From Clostridia bacterium (GTDB taxonomy: Bacteria; Bacillota; Clostridia; TANB77; CAG-508): a stretch of DNA of 64,000 nt. The position numbers and the translations under genes are program-made. The stretch covers positions 11,411 to 75,410 of the forward strand of contig JAGBJN010000010.1 in NCBI GenBank assembly GCA_017934475.1, read 5' to 3'. Below, piece after piece: positions 27,445-37,508 of this stretch. The notes under the pieces were generated by a model. The model did not search any database, was not told the DNA's origin, and saw nothing but the letters and a program-made list of their open reading frames with translations. The number at the start of each line of letters is the position of its first letter. Within the stretch, counting starts at the first letter, position 1.

Positions 27445-28575
27445 ATGTATAAATATAAAAAAGCGTCAAAAGGTACATTTAAGAATTTAATAACTATTTT
27501 TGGAATAATGATTTTAACAGCGATTATAAGTATCTCGATGTATAAAATATATGAAGGAATAGAAATAGATACATATATGGTACAAGCATATGAAGCAGAA
27601 AAAACGATTGCAACTGTTGAAGATAAAAAGAAAAAAGGCAGTGAAGTAGCTGATGTTGTAGAAAATGTTACATCATGTGTAGTAGGAATATCTAAAATAA
27701 AGAATACTGGAAATACAATTTTTTTAAAAGATAGTGCAACTTCTCTTGGACTAGGTACAGGAATTATTGTGTCTGAAAATGGATATATTCTTTCAAATCA
27801 GCATGTTACAGGAGATAAATATACCAATTGTTATATAACACTTGAAAATGGAAGAACATATACAGCAAATGTAGTGTGGGCAGATAATGGATTAGATTTA
27901 TCTATATCTAAAATAACTGCGAAAAATTTACCTTATGTTACATTTGGAGATTCAGAAAACATAAGAGTAGGAGAAGAAGTTTATGCGATAGGAAATCCAA
28001 TAGGTTTTGAATTTCAAAGAACAGTAACTTCAGGAATAGTAAGTGCTGTCAATAGAACAGTAAGAATAGATGAGAATGATACAAGTGTATATATGGAAAA
28101 TTTAATTCAAACAGATGCAACAATAAATCCTGGAAATAGTGGAGGACCTTTAATTAATTTAGATGGAAATGTAATTGGAGTAACTTCTGTGAAAATAACA
28201 TCTGCCGAAGGAATAGGTTTTGCTGTTCCAATTAATATTGTAAAACCAATAATAGAATCATTTTTAAAAGAAGATAAATTTGATGAAGCTAATTTAGGTA
28301 TATTTGCTTATGATAAAGAAATAATACCGTATTTAGAAGAAAAAATAGATAATGTAAAGGGAATTTATGTAGGGCAAGTAGCACTTGATTCTCCTGCATA
28401 TAAATCAGGTATAAAAATAGGTGATAAAATTACTAAAATAGATAATTTAGAATTAAATAAAATGTGTGATTTAAGATGTTATATTTATTCAAAGAAGCCA
28501 GGGGATGAAGTAACTTTAAATATAATTAGAAATGGAAAAGAAGAAAAAATAGGAGTTATACTGGGTGGTAGGTAA
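27445..28575 (+). CDS. htrA: HtrA/DegP-family serine protease with a PDZ domain
   Basis: N-terminal TM segment, catalytic TDATINPGNSGGPLIN, C-terminal PDZ-like domain (GIKIGDKITKID). Confidence 0.9.
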   Translation: MYKYKKASKGTFKNLITIFGIMILTAIISISMYKIYEGIEIDTYMVQAYEAEKTIATVEDKKKKGSEVADVVENVTSCVVGISKIKNTGNTIFLKDSATSLGLGTGIIVSENGYILSNQHVTGDKYTNCYITLENGRTYTANVVWADNGLDLSISKITAKNLPYVTFGDSENIRVGEEVYAIGNPIGFEFQRTVTSGIVSAVNRTVRIDENDTSVYMENLIQTDATINPGNSGGPLINLDGNVIGVTSVKITSAEGIGFAVPINIVKPIIESFLKEDKFDEANLGIFAYDKEIIPYLEEKIDNVKGIYVGQVALDSPAYKSGIKIGDKITKIDNLELNKMCDLRCYIYSKKPGDEVTLNIIRNGKEEKIGVILGGR

Positions 28576-28633
28576 AAATTGACTTTTAAGGGCAAAGAGT
28601 GTATAATTTTGCTATATTAAAGGAGGAATAATT

Positions 28634-30268
28634 ATGAAACTAGCAATTATTTGTAGTTTAATTTTAAGCATTATACACTCTATTTTATTTTTTGGTGAGG
28701 ACTGGGGAATATCAGTATTATTATTTGCAATATCTGCAGTGTTTATATTTATATTCGTACTAGGTAAAAATGGAAAAATAAAGAAAAAATCACCATTAAT
28801 ACTTTCAGTTCCAATAATATTACTAAGTGCAACATACTTATTATTTAATAATATGTTTTTTGCAATAATGAACTTTTTTGTAATAATATCATTATTCTTA
28901 ATAATGATTATATGGGCTTGTACAGGTGAACTTAATCCAATTAAATTATTAAAAAATATGTGGATATTATTCTTTGCACCAGTTACAGAAATAGCAGAAG
29001 TTGCAAAAGAATTTTCAAATAACTTCCATGTTGAAAAAACACCTGGAAAAGCTAAAAATCCTATAGCATGGAAAATAGTAAAAGCATTATTAATTTCATT
29101 ACCAATTGTAATAATAGTTGTTGCTTTACTTGTTGCAGCAGATGATACATTTGGAGTAATATTTAAAGATATAGTAAATGCAATATTTAGTTGGATAAAT
29201 ATTGGAACAATATATAAATTTGCTATCAGAATAGTATTTGCAGTATTATTAACAATCTATTTTGTAGGCGCAATACTAAAAGTAACAAGAGGAAAAATAA
29301 ATAATGATGTAAAACCAGGTAGAAAAGGTTTAAGAATTGAGGGGATGACTTTAGGATTTCTTATTACTTTCTTAAATATAATTTATTTTATATTTACAGG
29401 AATCCAAGTTATGCATATAGTTCAGCAAATAAATGTAAGTGATATTACAAATTATGCAGGATATGCAAGAGAAGGATTCTTCCAACTAATGGTCGTATCA
29501 TTTATAAACTTTATTATAATACTTCTTTCAAAATTAAATAAGAAAGAAATGGGAGTAGGATCTAAATCTTACATAAAATCAATGAATTTTATACTAGCAT
29601 TATTTACAGTAGTATTACTTGTAACATCTGTTATAAAAATGACATTATATGCACAAGAATTTGGATATACATTCCTAAGAATACTTGTATTTGTTACACA
29701 AATAACAGAGTTATTATTAATACTTCCAACACTTGTATATATAATTAGTGATAAATTTAAAGTAGCAAAATGGTATTTAGGAATAATAGTAATAATGTAT
29801 GTATTATTTAACTTCATGAATGTAGATTACTTTATAGCTAAACAAAATATCGATAGATATTTAAATAATGAAAATGCACAGACAAGAAAATTAGATTTTG
29901 AATATTTAAGAAAACATACATCAGCAGATGCAATACCACAAATTACAAGACTTTTAAATGATAAAGATGAAAAATTACAAAGAGAAGTAAATAATTACTT
30001 ATATACACAAAAAGAAAATATAAATGAAAAAGAAATGACATGGCAATCATTTAATATATCTAGATTTATAGCAAAATTAGAATTAAATAAATATAATTTA
30101 GAATATAAATATTATAATAGTTATAATAATAGAAAAAATAATACGATATATGAGAAGGGTAATAATAATTATTATGATGATGACTATGACTACGACTATG
30201 ACTACGACTATGATTACGATGATTATTATAATAACAATTATTATTCAAATTATTATACAGATTTATAG
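28634..30268 (+). CDS. polytopic membrane protein (DUF4153/DUF4173-like) with a D/Y/N low-complexity tail
   Basis: About 12 hydrophobic segments. The family call is from memory only. Confidence 0.55.
   Translation: MKLAIICSLILSIIHSILFFGEDWGISVLLFAISAVFIFIFVLGKNGKIKKKSPLILSVPIILLSATYLLFNNMFFAIMNFFVIISLFLIMIIWACTGELNPIKLLKNMWILFFAPVTEIAEVAKEFSNNFHVEKTPGKAKNPIAWKIVKALLISLPIVIIVVALLVAADDTFGVIFKDIVNAIFSWINIGTIYKFAIRIVFAVLLTIYFVGAILKVTRGKINNDVKPGRKGLRIEGMTLGFLITFLNIIYFIFTGIQVMHIVQQINVSDITNYAGYAREGFFQLMVVSFINFIIILLSKLNKKEMGVGSKSYIKSMNFILALFTVVLLVTSVIKMTLYAQEFGYTFLRILVFVTQITELLLILPTLVYIISDKFKVAKWYLGIIVIMYVLFNFMNVDYFIAKQNIDRYLNNENAQTRKLDFEYLRKHTSADAIPQITRLLNDKDEKLQREVNNYLYTQKENINEKEMTWQSFNISRFIAKLELNKYNLEYKYYNSYNNRKNNTIYEKGNNNYYDDDYDYDYDYDYDYDDYYNNNYYSNYYTDL
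30176..30229 (+). repeat. GAYTAY hexanucleotide (Asp-Tyr) coding microsatellite
   Basis: gatgatgactatgactacgactatgactacgactatgattacgatgattat encodes DDDYDYDYDYDYDYDDY. Confidence 0.8.
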
Positions 30269-30324
30269 AAATAAGAATAATACCTCTAATATTGGTAAAA
30301 ATACCATTATTAGAGGTGTTTTTT

Positions 30325-31843
30325 ATGGATAAATCATTATGGATAAATTTAGGAATAGATAAAAAGAAAAATTATAATAAATTAGAAGGTGAACAAGAAG
30401 CGGAAATAGTAGTAATAGGCGGAGGATTGACAGGACTTACAACAGCATATTATTTGGCTAAAGAAGGAAGAAAAGTTATATTAGTAGAAAAAGATGAAAT
30501 ATGTAATCATACAAGTGGCAATACAACAGGAAAAATAACAAGTCAGCATGGATTATTTTACAATTACTTATTACAATCTAATGGGAGAAAAGAAGCAAAG
30601 CACTATTTAGAAGCAAATGAAGAGGCGATAAAAAATATAAAAAAAATAATAGATGATGAAAATATAGAATGTGATTTTGAATATCAAGATAATTATGTAT
30701 TTATACAAAAAGAAGAAGATATAGAAAAAATAAAGAAAGAACAAGAGGCTTTAGAATATTTAAGTTTTAATTCTGAACTAGTAAATGAAATAGAATTGCC
30801 AATAAAAAATACGAAAATGTTAGGAGCAATAAAATTTAAAAATCAGGCACAGTTTAATGCATATTTATATGGAATAGGACTAGCAGAATGCATAGAAAAA
30901 TATGGTGGTAAAATATATGAAAATACAAAAGTACTTGATGTAAAAAAAGAAAATGATAATTATGAAATAATAACAGAAGAAGGAAAAATTAATTGTAAAT
31001 TTATGGTTATCGCTACTCATTACCCTATAATAAATGCACCACGGATTTTATTTTATGAAAATGTATCAAGAAACTTCATATTTAATTACAATTGAAACAA
31101 AAGCACCATTATTTAATGGAATGTATATAAGTGAAGGTAATACTGAAACAATTTCATTTAGAACAACAAAAATGGGAGATAAAAGAGTAGTAATTATTGG
31201 AGGAATGCAGCATAAAACTGGTGCAAAAATAGATTTAAAGAACAGTTATAAAAGATTAGAAAATATAGCAAACGAAATATACCCTGGATCAAAAGTATTA
31301 TTTAGATGGAATACAGAAGATTGTATTACATTAGATAAAATTCCCTATATTGGTGAATTTTCAAATTTATGGCCCAATGTATATGTAGGTACAGGTTATA
31401 AAAAGTGGGGAATGACTAGTTCAAATGTTGCTGCAAATATCATAAAAGATAAAATATTAGGAATAGAAAATAAATATGAAGATGTATTTACTTCAACTAG
31501 AGTTAAACCTTTAAAAAATTATAAAGAATTTGGAAATATGTTAAAAGAAGTAGTTTATTCAGAAATATTAAATAAACTTAAAAATATTGATGAATATATA
31601 GAAGATGTAAAACAAGGAGAAGGAAAAATTATAGAAGTAGATGGAGAAAAAGTAGGTATTTATAGAGATAAAAATGGAAAAATATTTGCTGTAAAACCAT
31701 ATTGTAGTCACTTTGGTTGCGAATTATCATGGAATAATTTAGAAAATACATGGGATTGTCCTTGCCATGGATCAAGATTTACTTATGAAGGAAAATCGAT
31801 ATATGACCCATCTATAAAAGATTTAGAAAGAATAGATATTTAA
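30325..31843 (+). pseudogene. FAD-dependent oxidoreductase fused to a Rieske [2Fe-2S] domain (YhfW-like), interrupted by a frameshift near 31034-31045
   Basis: The N-terminal ORF has VVIGGGLTGLTTAYYLAKEGRKVILVEKD. The C-terminal ORF has GGMQHKTG and CSHFGCELSWN...CPCHGSRF. The reading ...HYPIINAP/GFYFMKMYQ continues only after a +1 shift. Confidence 0.7.
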
Positions 31844-31954
31844 TATAATTATAACTTTGAAATATCCAAAATTGTAGGAAAACATAAAAAAATAATTAAA
31901 AAGTATTGATATTTATAAAAAAATGTGTTATTATATTAAAGCAGTTGGATATTT

Positions 31955-32030
31955 CGAGGTGTAGCGCAGTTGGTAGCGCGCGTGGTTTGGGACCATGAGG
32001 TCGCAGGTTCGATCCCTGTCACCTCGACCA
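31955..32030 (+). tRNA. tRNA-Pro(UGG)
   Basis: 76-nt cloverleaf, anticodon loop TTTGGGA, encoded CCA. Confidence 0.95.
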
Positions 32031-32234
32031 TATTTAGAAGAATTCGTAAGAGTTCTTCTTTTTTTATTATATTAAGCAAATACAGGTATTTCAATATATT
32101 GAACAATTTCATCAAATCAACTACTCAAAATTATTGTAAAAATAAGGCTTGTATGATATATTAAAACTCAGAAATAAATAGAAATATAAAGATATATTAA
32201 AAATAAAAAAAAGATTTTATGAGGAAGTGATTAA

Positions 32235-33230
32235 ATGGAAGAATTAATAAAAGAATGTAATTTAGGAACAACAATTAAAAGTATAGTTAAAATAACTGGT
32301 GGATTATCTCATAGAATGTATAAAGTTGTAACAGATAAGGGGACCTACGCTATTAAAGAATTAAATAGTGGTATTATGAAAAAAGATACAGCTTATTCCA
32401 ATTTTTTATTTGCTGAAAAATTTACTGATTTAGCTAAAGCAAATGGTATTCCTGCAATTGGAACAATTAAAATTGGTAATGATATTATGAAGAAAATTGA
32501 TAATAAATATTATATGATTTTTGAATGGATTGAAGGTACAATATTAAAATCAGAAGATATTGAAGAAAAACATTCAGAGATAGTCGGTAAATTATTGGCT
32601 AAAATACATAATATAGATTCTTCATCAATCGATGATGATAATAGAAAACATATAAATACAAAAATGTATGATTGGAATGAGTATATTTCTATTGTAAGTG
32701 AACAAAATAAGCCATATTTTCAATTATATAAAGATAATATTGATTTATTATATGATCTAAATAAAAAATCAAAAGAAGCAATCGAATATGCAAATAATAA
32801 TTTAGTTATAAGCCATAGAGATTTAGATAGAAAAAATATAATGTGGCAAGGAGATAACCCATATATTATAGATTGGGAAGCAAGTGGATATATTAATCCA
32901 ACATTAGAATTAATTCAAGTTGCATGGTATTGGTCAGGTGGAGATATTGAAAAAATTGATTATAATAAATTTGAAAAAGTAATAAAAAGTTATAAGGAAA
33001 ATTATAATGGTTATATAGATAGTAATATTGATGTATTGATTCATGCAGATATTTATTCTGGACTTGAATGGATTGATTACAACTTAAGAAGATCTTTGTG
33101 CATTGGACATGATTATGATGAAGAAGAAGTTCATCTAGCTGAAAATGAAGTAATTCAATCTATAAATGAAATAAAATATAATGTTAGTCAATTTAATAAA
33201 ATGACAGAAATATTAAAAAAAGTTGATTGA
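32235..33230 (+). CDS. aminoglycoside/choline-kinase-type phosphotransferase (APH family)
   Basis: HRDLDRKNIMW (Brenner motif) and IIDWE. Confidence 0.75.
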   Translation: MEELIKECNLGTTIKSIVKITGGLSHRMYKVVTDKGTYAIKELNSGIMKKDTAYSNFLFAEKFTDLAKANGIPAIGTIKIGNDIMKKIDNKYYMIFEWIEGTILKSEDIEEKHSEIVGKLLAKIHNIDSSSIDDDNRKHINTKMYDWNEYISIVSEQNKPYFQLYKDNIDLLYDLNKKSKEAIEYANNNLVISHRDLDRKNIMWQGDNPYIIDWEASGYINPTLELIQVAWYWSGGDIEKIDYNKFEKVIKSYKENYNGYIDSNIDVLIHADIYSGLEWIDYNLRRSLCIGHDYDEEEVHLAENEVIQSINEIKYNVSQFNKMTEILKKVD

Positions 33231-33325
33231 TTGTAATTTTTTTATGTTTCGAGATTTGTGTTATTGTAAAATAAAAAATAGTATGAAAAAAGCAGCAGAG
33301 ATAAAATTTCTCTACTGCGTTTTTA

Positions 33326-33694
33326 TTATTCATCATATTGTTTTACTGTAAATCCACTTGTGCCTGTACCTGTAAACATATTGCTGTGATTTGATCCTGC
33401 TTTATATGTTGGTGTTTGTTCTACGTAAACTTTTGTTAAACTACTACTTTGACGGAGCATATTAGCACAATCTGAACAATTTGATAAATCAAGATGTCTA
33501 AAATCTATTGTATTAATTGATGAAAAACCAAACATTGCATTTGCATTATTTAAATTTGCTGTATTCCATTTACTTAAATCTAATTCTGTTAGATGATTAC
33601 ATCCATAGAACATTGATTTCATTGTTGTAACACTTGATGTATCAAAACTAGAAATGTTTAATGTACTTCCACCAAATTTACAAGTATAAAAAAA
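33326..33694 (-). pseudogene. 3' remnant of a DUF285/BspA-type leucine-rich-repeat surface protein
   Basis: Repeat signature SSFDTSSVTTMKSMFYGCNHLTELDLSKWNTANLNNANAMF. The frame is open upstream of the first ATG to a TAG at 33697-33695, with no RBS or N-terminal region. Confidence 0.6.
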
Positions 33695-33871
33695 CTAAAA
33701 ATACTTAGGATAACAGGAATTTACTAAATATAGTACGTTACAGGGTGTTTTACATTTTCATTATTTTTTAATTACGCTTTTATTACACAGAACATATTAA
33801 TTAAGAAAATCACAGTTATTGTAAATATGTGGATTGTATGATATACTTTTGCAAGAAAATGAGGAGATTAT

Positions 33872-34274
33872 ATGAGAAAAGAAATAGAAAAATATAAATG
33901 AAAACTATGATATATTACAAGAAAATCCATGGGAAAAGAATCCAAATTTTACAACATACAAACATAAAGATAATAAAAAATGGTTTGCATTAATAATGGA
34001 AGTTCCTTATGAAAAAATAAATGTAGATAAAGATGGATTAGTAGAAGTTGTAAATTTAAAGAACATACCTGAAATGATAGGCGGATTGAGAAAAAATGAT
34101 GGAATATTACCTGCATATCATATGAATAAAGAATATTGGATAACAGTTTTACTTGATGGAACAGTAGAAAAACAAACAATTTTTAATTTAATTGATATAA
34201 GTTATGATTTAACAAAAAATAAAAAAAATAAAGAAAAGAAAACAAGGAGTATAATATGTCAAATTTATATATAA
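33872..34274 (+). pseudogene. MmcQ/YjbR-family protein gene with a frameshift in the A-run near 33888-33899
   Basis: GAGGAG RBS, ATG at 33872, then MRKEIEKYK-stop. The +1 frame continues NENYDILQENPWEKNP...KKWFALIMEVP...YHMNKEYWITVLLDG (family signature). Confidence 0.6.
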
Positions 34275-34762
34275 TAACAGGTCCTGCTGGTGTAGGAAAA
34301 AGTACTATTTCAAAAAAAATAGCAGAATTAAAAGAAAAGTCTGTACTAATTGAGGGAGATGAAATATATCATCAAGTAGTTGGTGGATATATTCAAGCGT
34401 GGAAAGAGGGAAATCATTTAGAAACATTTTGGAAAGTATGTATAAATACTATAAAAATATATTTAGAGGATGGATATGATGTTATATTTAATTATATAAT
34501 ATCACCTAAAGACATTGAAAAGATAAAAGAAGAACTTAAAAAATATTCTATAAAATTTGTTGTACTATTAGTAGACGAAAAAACATTACTTGCAAGAGAT
34601 AAAGAAAGACCAAGAGATTGTCAAATGAAAGAACGTTGTATTATTTTATTAAATAATTTTAAAAATAAAAATTATAATGAAAATAATATAATAGATACAT
34701 CTAATTTAACAATAAATGAAGTAATAGAAATTATAGAAAATGAAGATAGATTTATTATTTAA
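34256..34762 (+). CDS. small P-loop kinase/AAA-type ATP-binding protein
   Basis: IITGPAGVGKST Walker A near the N-terminus; 168 aa. Confidence 0.7.
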   Translation: MSNLYIITGPAGVGKSTISKKIAELKEKSVLIEGDEIYHQVVGGYIQAWKEGNHLETFWKVCINTIKIYLEDGYDVIFNYIISPKDIEKIKEELKKYSIKFVVLLVDEKTLLARDKERPRDCQMKERCIILLNNFKNKNYNENNIIDTSNLTINEVIEIIENEDRFII

Positions 34763-34849
34763 AGAATAATAAATTTCATGAATTCTCACTTTGTGTCCTT
34801 TTAATTTTTATATGAAGAATATAAAATTGACACTAGAAAGGAGGAAAAT

Positions 34850-35758
34850 ATGAATCAAGAAAAAATAGGAGTATTTATAGCTAATTGTAGAAAAGAAAAA
34901 AAGTTAACACAAGAACAACTAGCTGAAAAATTAGGAGTATCAAGTAAAAGTGTTAGTCGTTGGGAAAATGGTAAAACAATGCCAGATTATTCTTTATTAA
35001 AAGATTTATGCGAAATATTAGGTATTAATATAAATGAACTTTTATCAGGCGAAAGAATAAAAAAGGAAGAAATACAAATACATACTATTGAAAATTTAGA
35101 TTCTATTTTAAAAGAATATTATAAAATGAAAAAACAAAAAGATTTTTTTAAATTTTTTACAATACTAATTTCAATGACTTTACTATGTGTATTAATAGTT
35201 ATCATGATTTATGTTGCTATGTTGCTTGGTGGAATATTTATTATTGGACTAGGATTTAATGATAAATACGATATAACAACAGATATAACTAAATATCAAG
35301 AAGTTATAGGGAAAAATGCAAAAGGACAATATGAAAGTAAATGGGGAGTAAGTGAAGAAATATTTCCAAGTGAAATAAGTGACAAAAACGTATCTGATTT
35401 TAAAATGGTTTATTATGATCCATGGGATAAACAATTCTTATCTTATTTAGTAGTAAATTATAATGAAAAAGAATATGAGAAAGAAGTTAAAAGATTAAAT
35501 GATTATGGAATAGAAGATTATGTAGGTTATTATGGAGTAACAGGATTTGAAAATTACAAATTACTTGCAATGGAATCTGATCCATATTATGGATTTATAT
35601 ATGCTATTACTGATGGAAAAGAAAAAATAATATATGTAGAAATTATTTTCTGTAATAATTATATGGATATAAAATATGCAGAACAAATACCAAATGAATA
35701 TTTACCAGATAATTTTGATGCAAAAATAGATAATAAATACAATTATAAAGATATTTAA
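34850..35758 (+). CDS. membrane-anchored XRE-family HTH regulator
   Basis: HTH region LTQEQLAEKLGVSSKSVSRWENGKTMP, a central TM segment and a C-terminal extracytoplasmic domain. Confidence 0.75.
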   Translation: MNQEKIGVFIANCRKEKKLTQEQLAEKLGVSSKSVSRWENGKTMPDYSLLKDLCEILGININELLSGERIKKEEIQIHTIENLDSILKEYYKMKKQKDFFKFFTILISMTLLCVLIVIMIYVAMLLGGIFIIGLGFNDKYDITTDITKYQEVIGKNAKGQYESKWGVSEEIFPSEISDKNVSDFKMVYYDPWDKQFLSYLVVNYNEKEYEKEVKRLNDYGIEDYVGYYGVTGFENYKLLAMESDPYYGFIYAITDGKEKIIYVEIIFCNNYMDIKYAEQIPNEYLPDNFDAKIDNKYNYKDI

Positions 35759-35868
35759 GAAGAGTTCATAAGAATTCTTCTTTTTTGATAAAATAAAAAA
35801 AGAAGAAAAAATGTGTAACAAAATAAAAAATAATGTACCTTATATTATAGAAGGAGGTAAAAAAGGTT

Positions 35869-36357
35869 ATGCAGAATATTGAAGAAATATATAAAGAATA
35901 TTCTACATCTGTTTACAAATACTTATTCTGCTTAACGCAAAATAAGGAAATTGCAGAAGATTTAACTCAAGAAACATTTGCATATGCTGTTAAAGATATC
36001 AAAAAATTTAGAGGAGAATGTAAATTATCGGTCTGGTTATGCCAAATTGCAAAACACTTGTGGTATAAGGAATTAAAAAAGAAAAATAATAATATATCTC
36101 TAGAAGATATTAATGAAAATGTTTTATATGATGATAATTTAGAAGAAAATTATTTAAAAAAGGAAGACAGAATAAAGGTATTTAAGGATATGCAAAAACT
36201 AGATGAAAAAACAAGAGAGGTAATGTACTTAAGATTAATAGGAAACTTAAGTTATGAAGAAATAGGAGAGATATTAGGAAAAAGTTCTAATTGGACAAGA
36301 GTTACTTTTTATAGGGCAAAACAAAAAATAAAGGAGGAAAATAAAAATGATAAATAA
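35869..36357 (+). CDS. ECF-type sigma-70 family RNA polymerase sigma factor
   Basis: Region 2 (AEDLTQETFAYA) and region 4 (LSYEEIGEILGKSSNWTRVTFYRAKQKI). Confidence 0.9.
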   Translation: MQNIEEIYKEYSTSVYKYLFCLTQNKEIAEDLTQETFAYAVKDIKKFRGECKLSVWLCQIAKHLWYKELKKKNNNISLEDINENVLYDDNLEENYLKKEDRIKVFKDMQKLDEKTREVMYLRLIGNLSYEEIGEILGKSSNWTRVTFYRAKQKIKEENKNDK

Positions 36358-37267
36358 AAAAGAATGTGAAATAGTACAAGATTTACTATTTAATTATTCA
36401 GATGATTTATTAAATCCAGAATCAAAAAAATTAGTTGAAAATCATTTATTAGAATGTAAAGAATGTCAAAATAAATTAACACAAATAAAAGAAGATAATA
36501 AAAAATATAATAATAAAGAAAAAATAGAAATAGACTATTTAAAAAAAGTAAGAATAAAATCAAAAATAAAATCATTACTTATGACATTAGCGATTATATT
36601 TATTATAGTATTTGTATATTATTTTATTAAATTTATTAAAATAAATGATATTATAAGAAAATCAGAAGAGTATTCAAAGTCTAACAATTATTATATTGAA
36701 AGAATTGAAATTTCTGATGGTGTAGCATTTGGATTAAAAACATATTATAAAGACGGAAAATATAAGGAAGTATGCGAAGTATACACAGATGCAGGTGTAG
36801 AAAAAGACATGGAAATATATGGCTCAAAAGGATCAAGTGAGAGAGTAACAATTAGTTATAAAAATAATACTGCATTAATTGAAACAGGCACATCTGCTGA
36901 AATAACAAATAATGCAAATAAAATCAAAACTGATAAAGATAAAAATATATTTGAAATAATAGGAAAAACTTTTAAAACTTCAATTACAACAGATAATTAT
37001 GATATTGGAAGAGAATATTATGTTATAAAAGATTATCCATATTATGATAGAATAGAAACTTGGGTAGATAAAGAAAATGGATTACCTATAAGAAAAATAA
37101 CAAGAGGCGCATATAAAGACTTTTTTGCAGGAACAAAAATAATGAAAAAAGTAAGTGATAGAATTGAAAACTATAGTTATGAATTTGGCAATGTAACAGA
37201 TGAAGATGTAAAAGTGCCAGATTTATCAAATTTTGAAATAAAATACAGTACGACAATGGGTGGATAG
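36347..37267 (+). CDS. anti-sigma factor (zf-HC2 N-terminus, single TM segment, extracytoplasmic domain)
   Basis: C...H..LLECKECQ zinc motif. Overlaps the sigma gene by 11 nt. Confidence 0.75.
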   Translation: MINKKECEIVQDLLFNYSDDLLNPESKKLVENHLLECKECQNKLTQIKEDNKKYNNKEKIEIDYLKKVRIKSKIKSLLMTLAIIFIIVFVYYFIKFIKINDIIRKSEEYSKSNNYYIERIEISDGVAFGLKTYYKDGKYKEVCEVYTDAGVEKDMEIYGSKGSSERVTISYKNNTALIETGTSAEITNNANKIKTDKDKNIFEIIGKTFKTSITTDNYDIGREYYVIKDYPYYDRIETWVDKENGLPIRKITRGAYKDFFAGTKIMKKVSDRIENYSYEFGNVTDEDVKVPDLSNFEIKYSTTMGG

Positions 37268-37313
37268 ATGAATCGAATAGTAAAATAAATGCGGAGCAAA
37301 CCAAAAAAAATAC

Positions 37314-37471
37314 TAATACATTTTGTGACCAAGAAGATAATAAATATTAAAAAAATCGATACATTCTGTGACCAAAAAGGTAATGAATAAATGAATATAA
37401 AAAACACCGATACATTCCGTGACCAGAGAATAATAAATAAATATAAAAAATACCGATACATTTTGTGACCA
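37314..37471. repeat. 4 degenerate tandem repeats (period about 43-51 bp) with an 18-bp conserved core, CGATACATTYYGTGACCA
   Basis: Cores at 37314-37331 (TA instead of CG), 37357-37374, 37408-37425 and 37454-37471, each followed by an A-rich tract. Lies between convergent genes. Confidence 0.75.
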
Positions 37472-37475
37472 AAAA

Positions 37476-37508
37476 AATAATACTATGAAAAACATAGTAT
37501 TATTTTTT
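37476..37508. terminator. bidirectional intrinsic terminator
   Basis: Perfect 12-bp stem AATAATACTATG/CATAGTATTATT, loop AAAAA, flanked by an A-run and a T-run. Confidence 0.75.

Noticed and set aside
31020-31050. Programmed ribosomal frameshifting as the explanation for the split FAD/Rieske gene.
   Set aside because: There is no slippery heptamer or homopolymer at the junction (AAATGCACCACGGATTT) and no obvious downstream stimulatory structure. A mutation or sequencing error is the simpler explanation.
31970-32164. 64-aa ORF starting inside tRNA-Pro. The same applies to 57486-57713 over tRNA-fMet.
   Set aside because: Both start within tRNA genes and run through terminators, and neither has an RBS.
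37177-37495. ORFs 37177-37461(-) and 37313-37495(-) across the tandem repeat. I also considered a mini-CRISPR interpretation.
   Set aside because: The ORFs have no RBS, and their apparent repeats (WSQNVS.FFIFI) merely mirror the DNA repeat. CRISPR is unlikely: the core is only 18 bp, the inter-core segments resemble each other, the period is irregular, and no cas genes are present.
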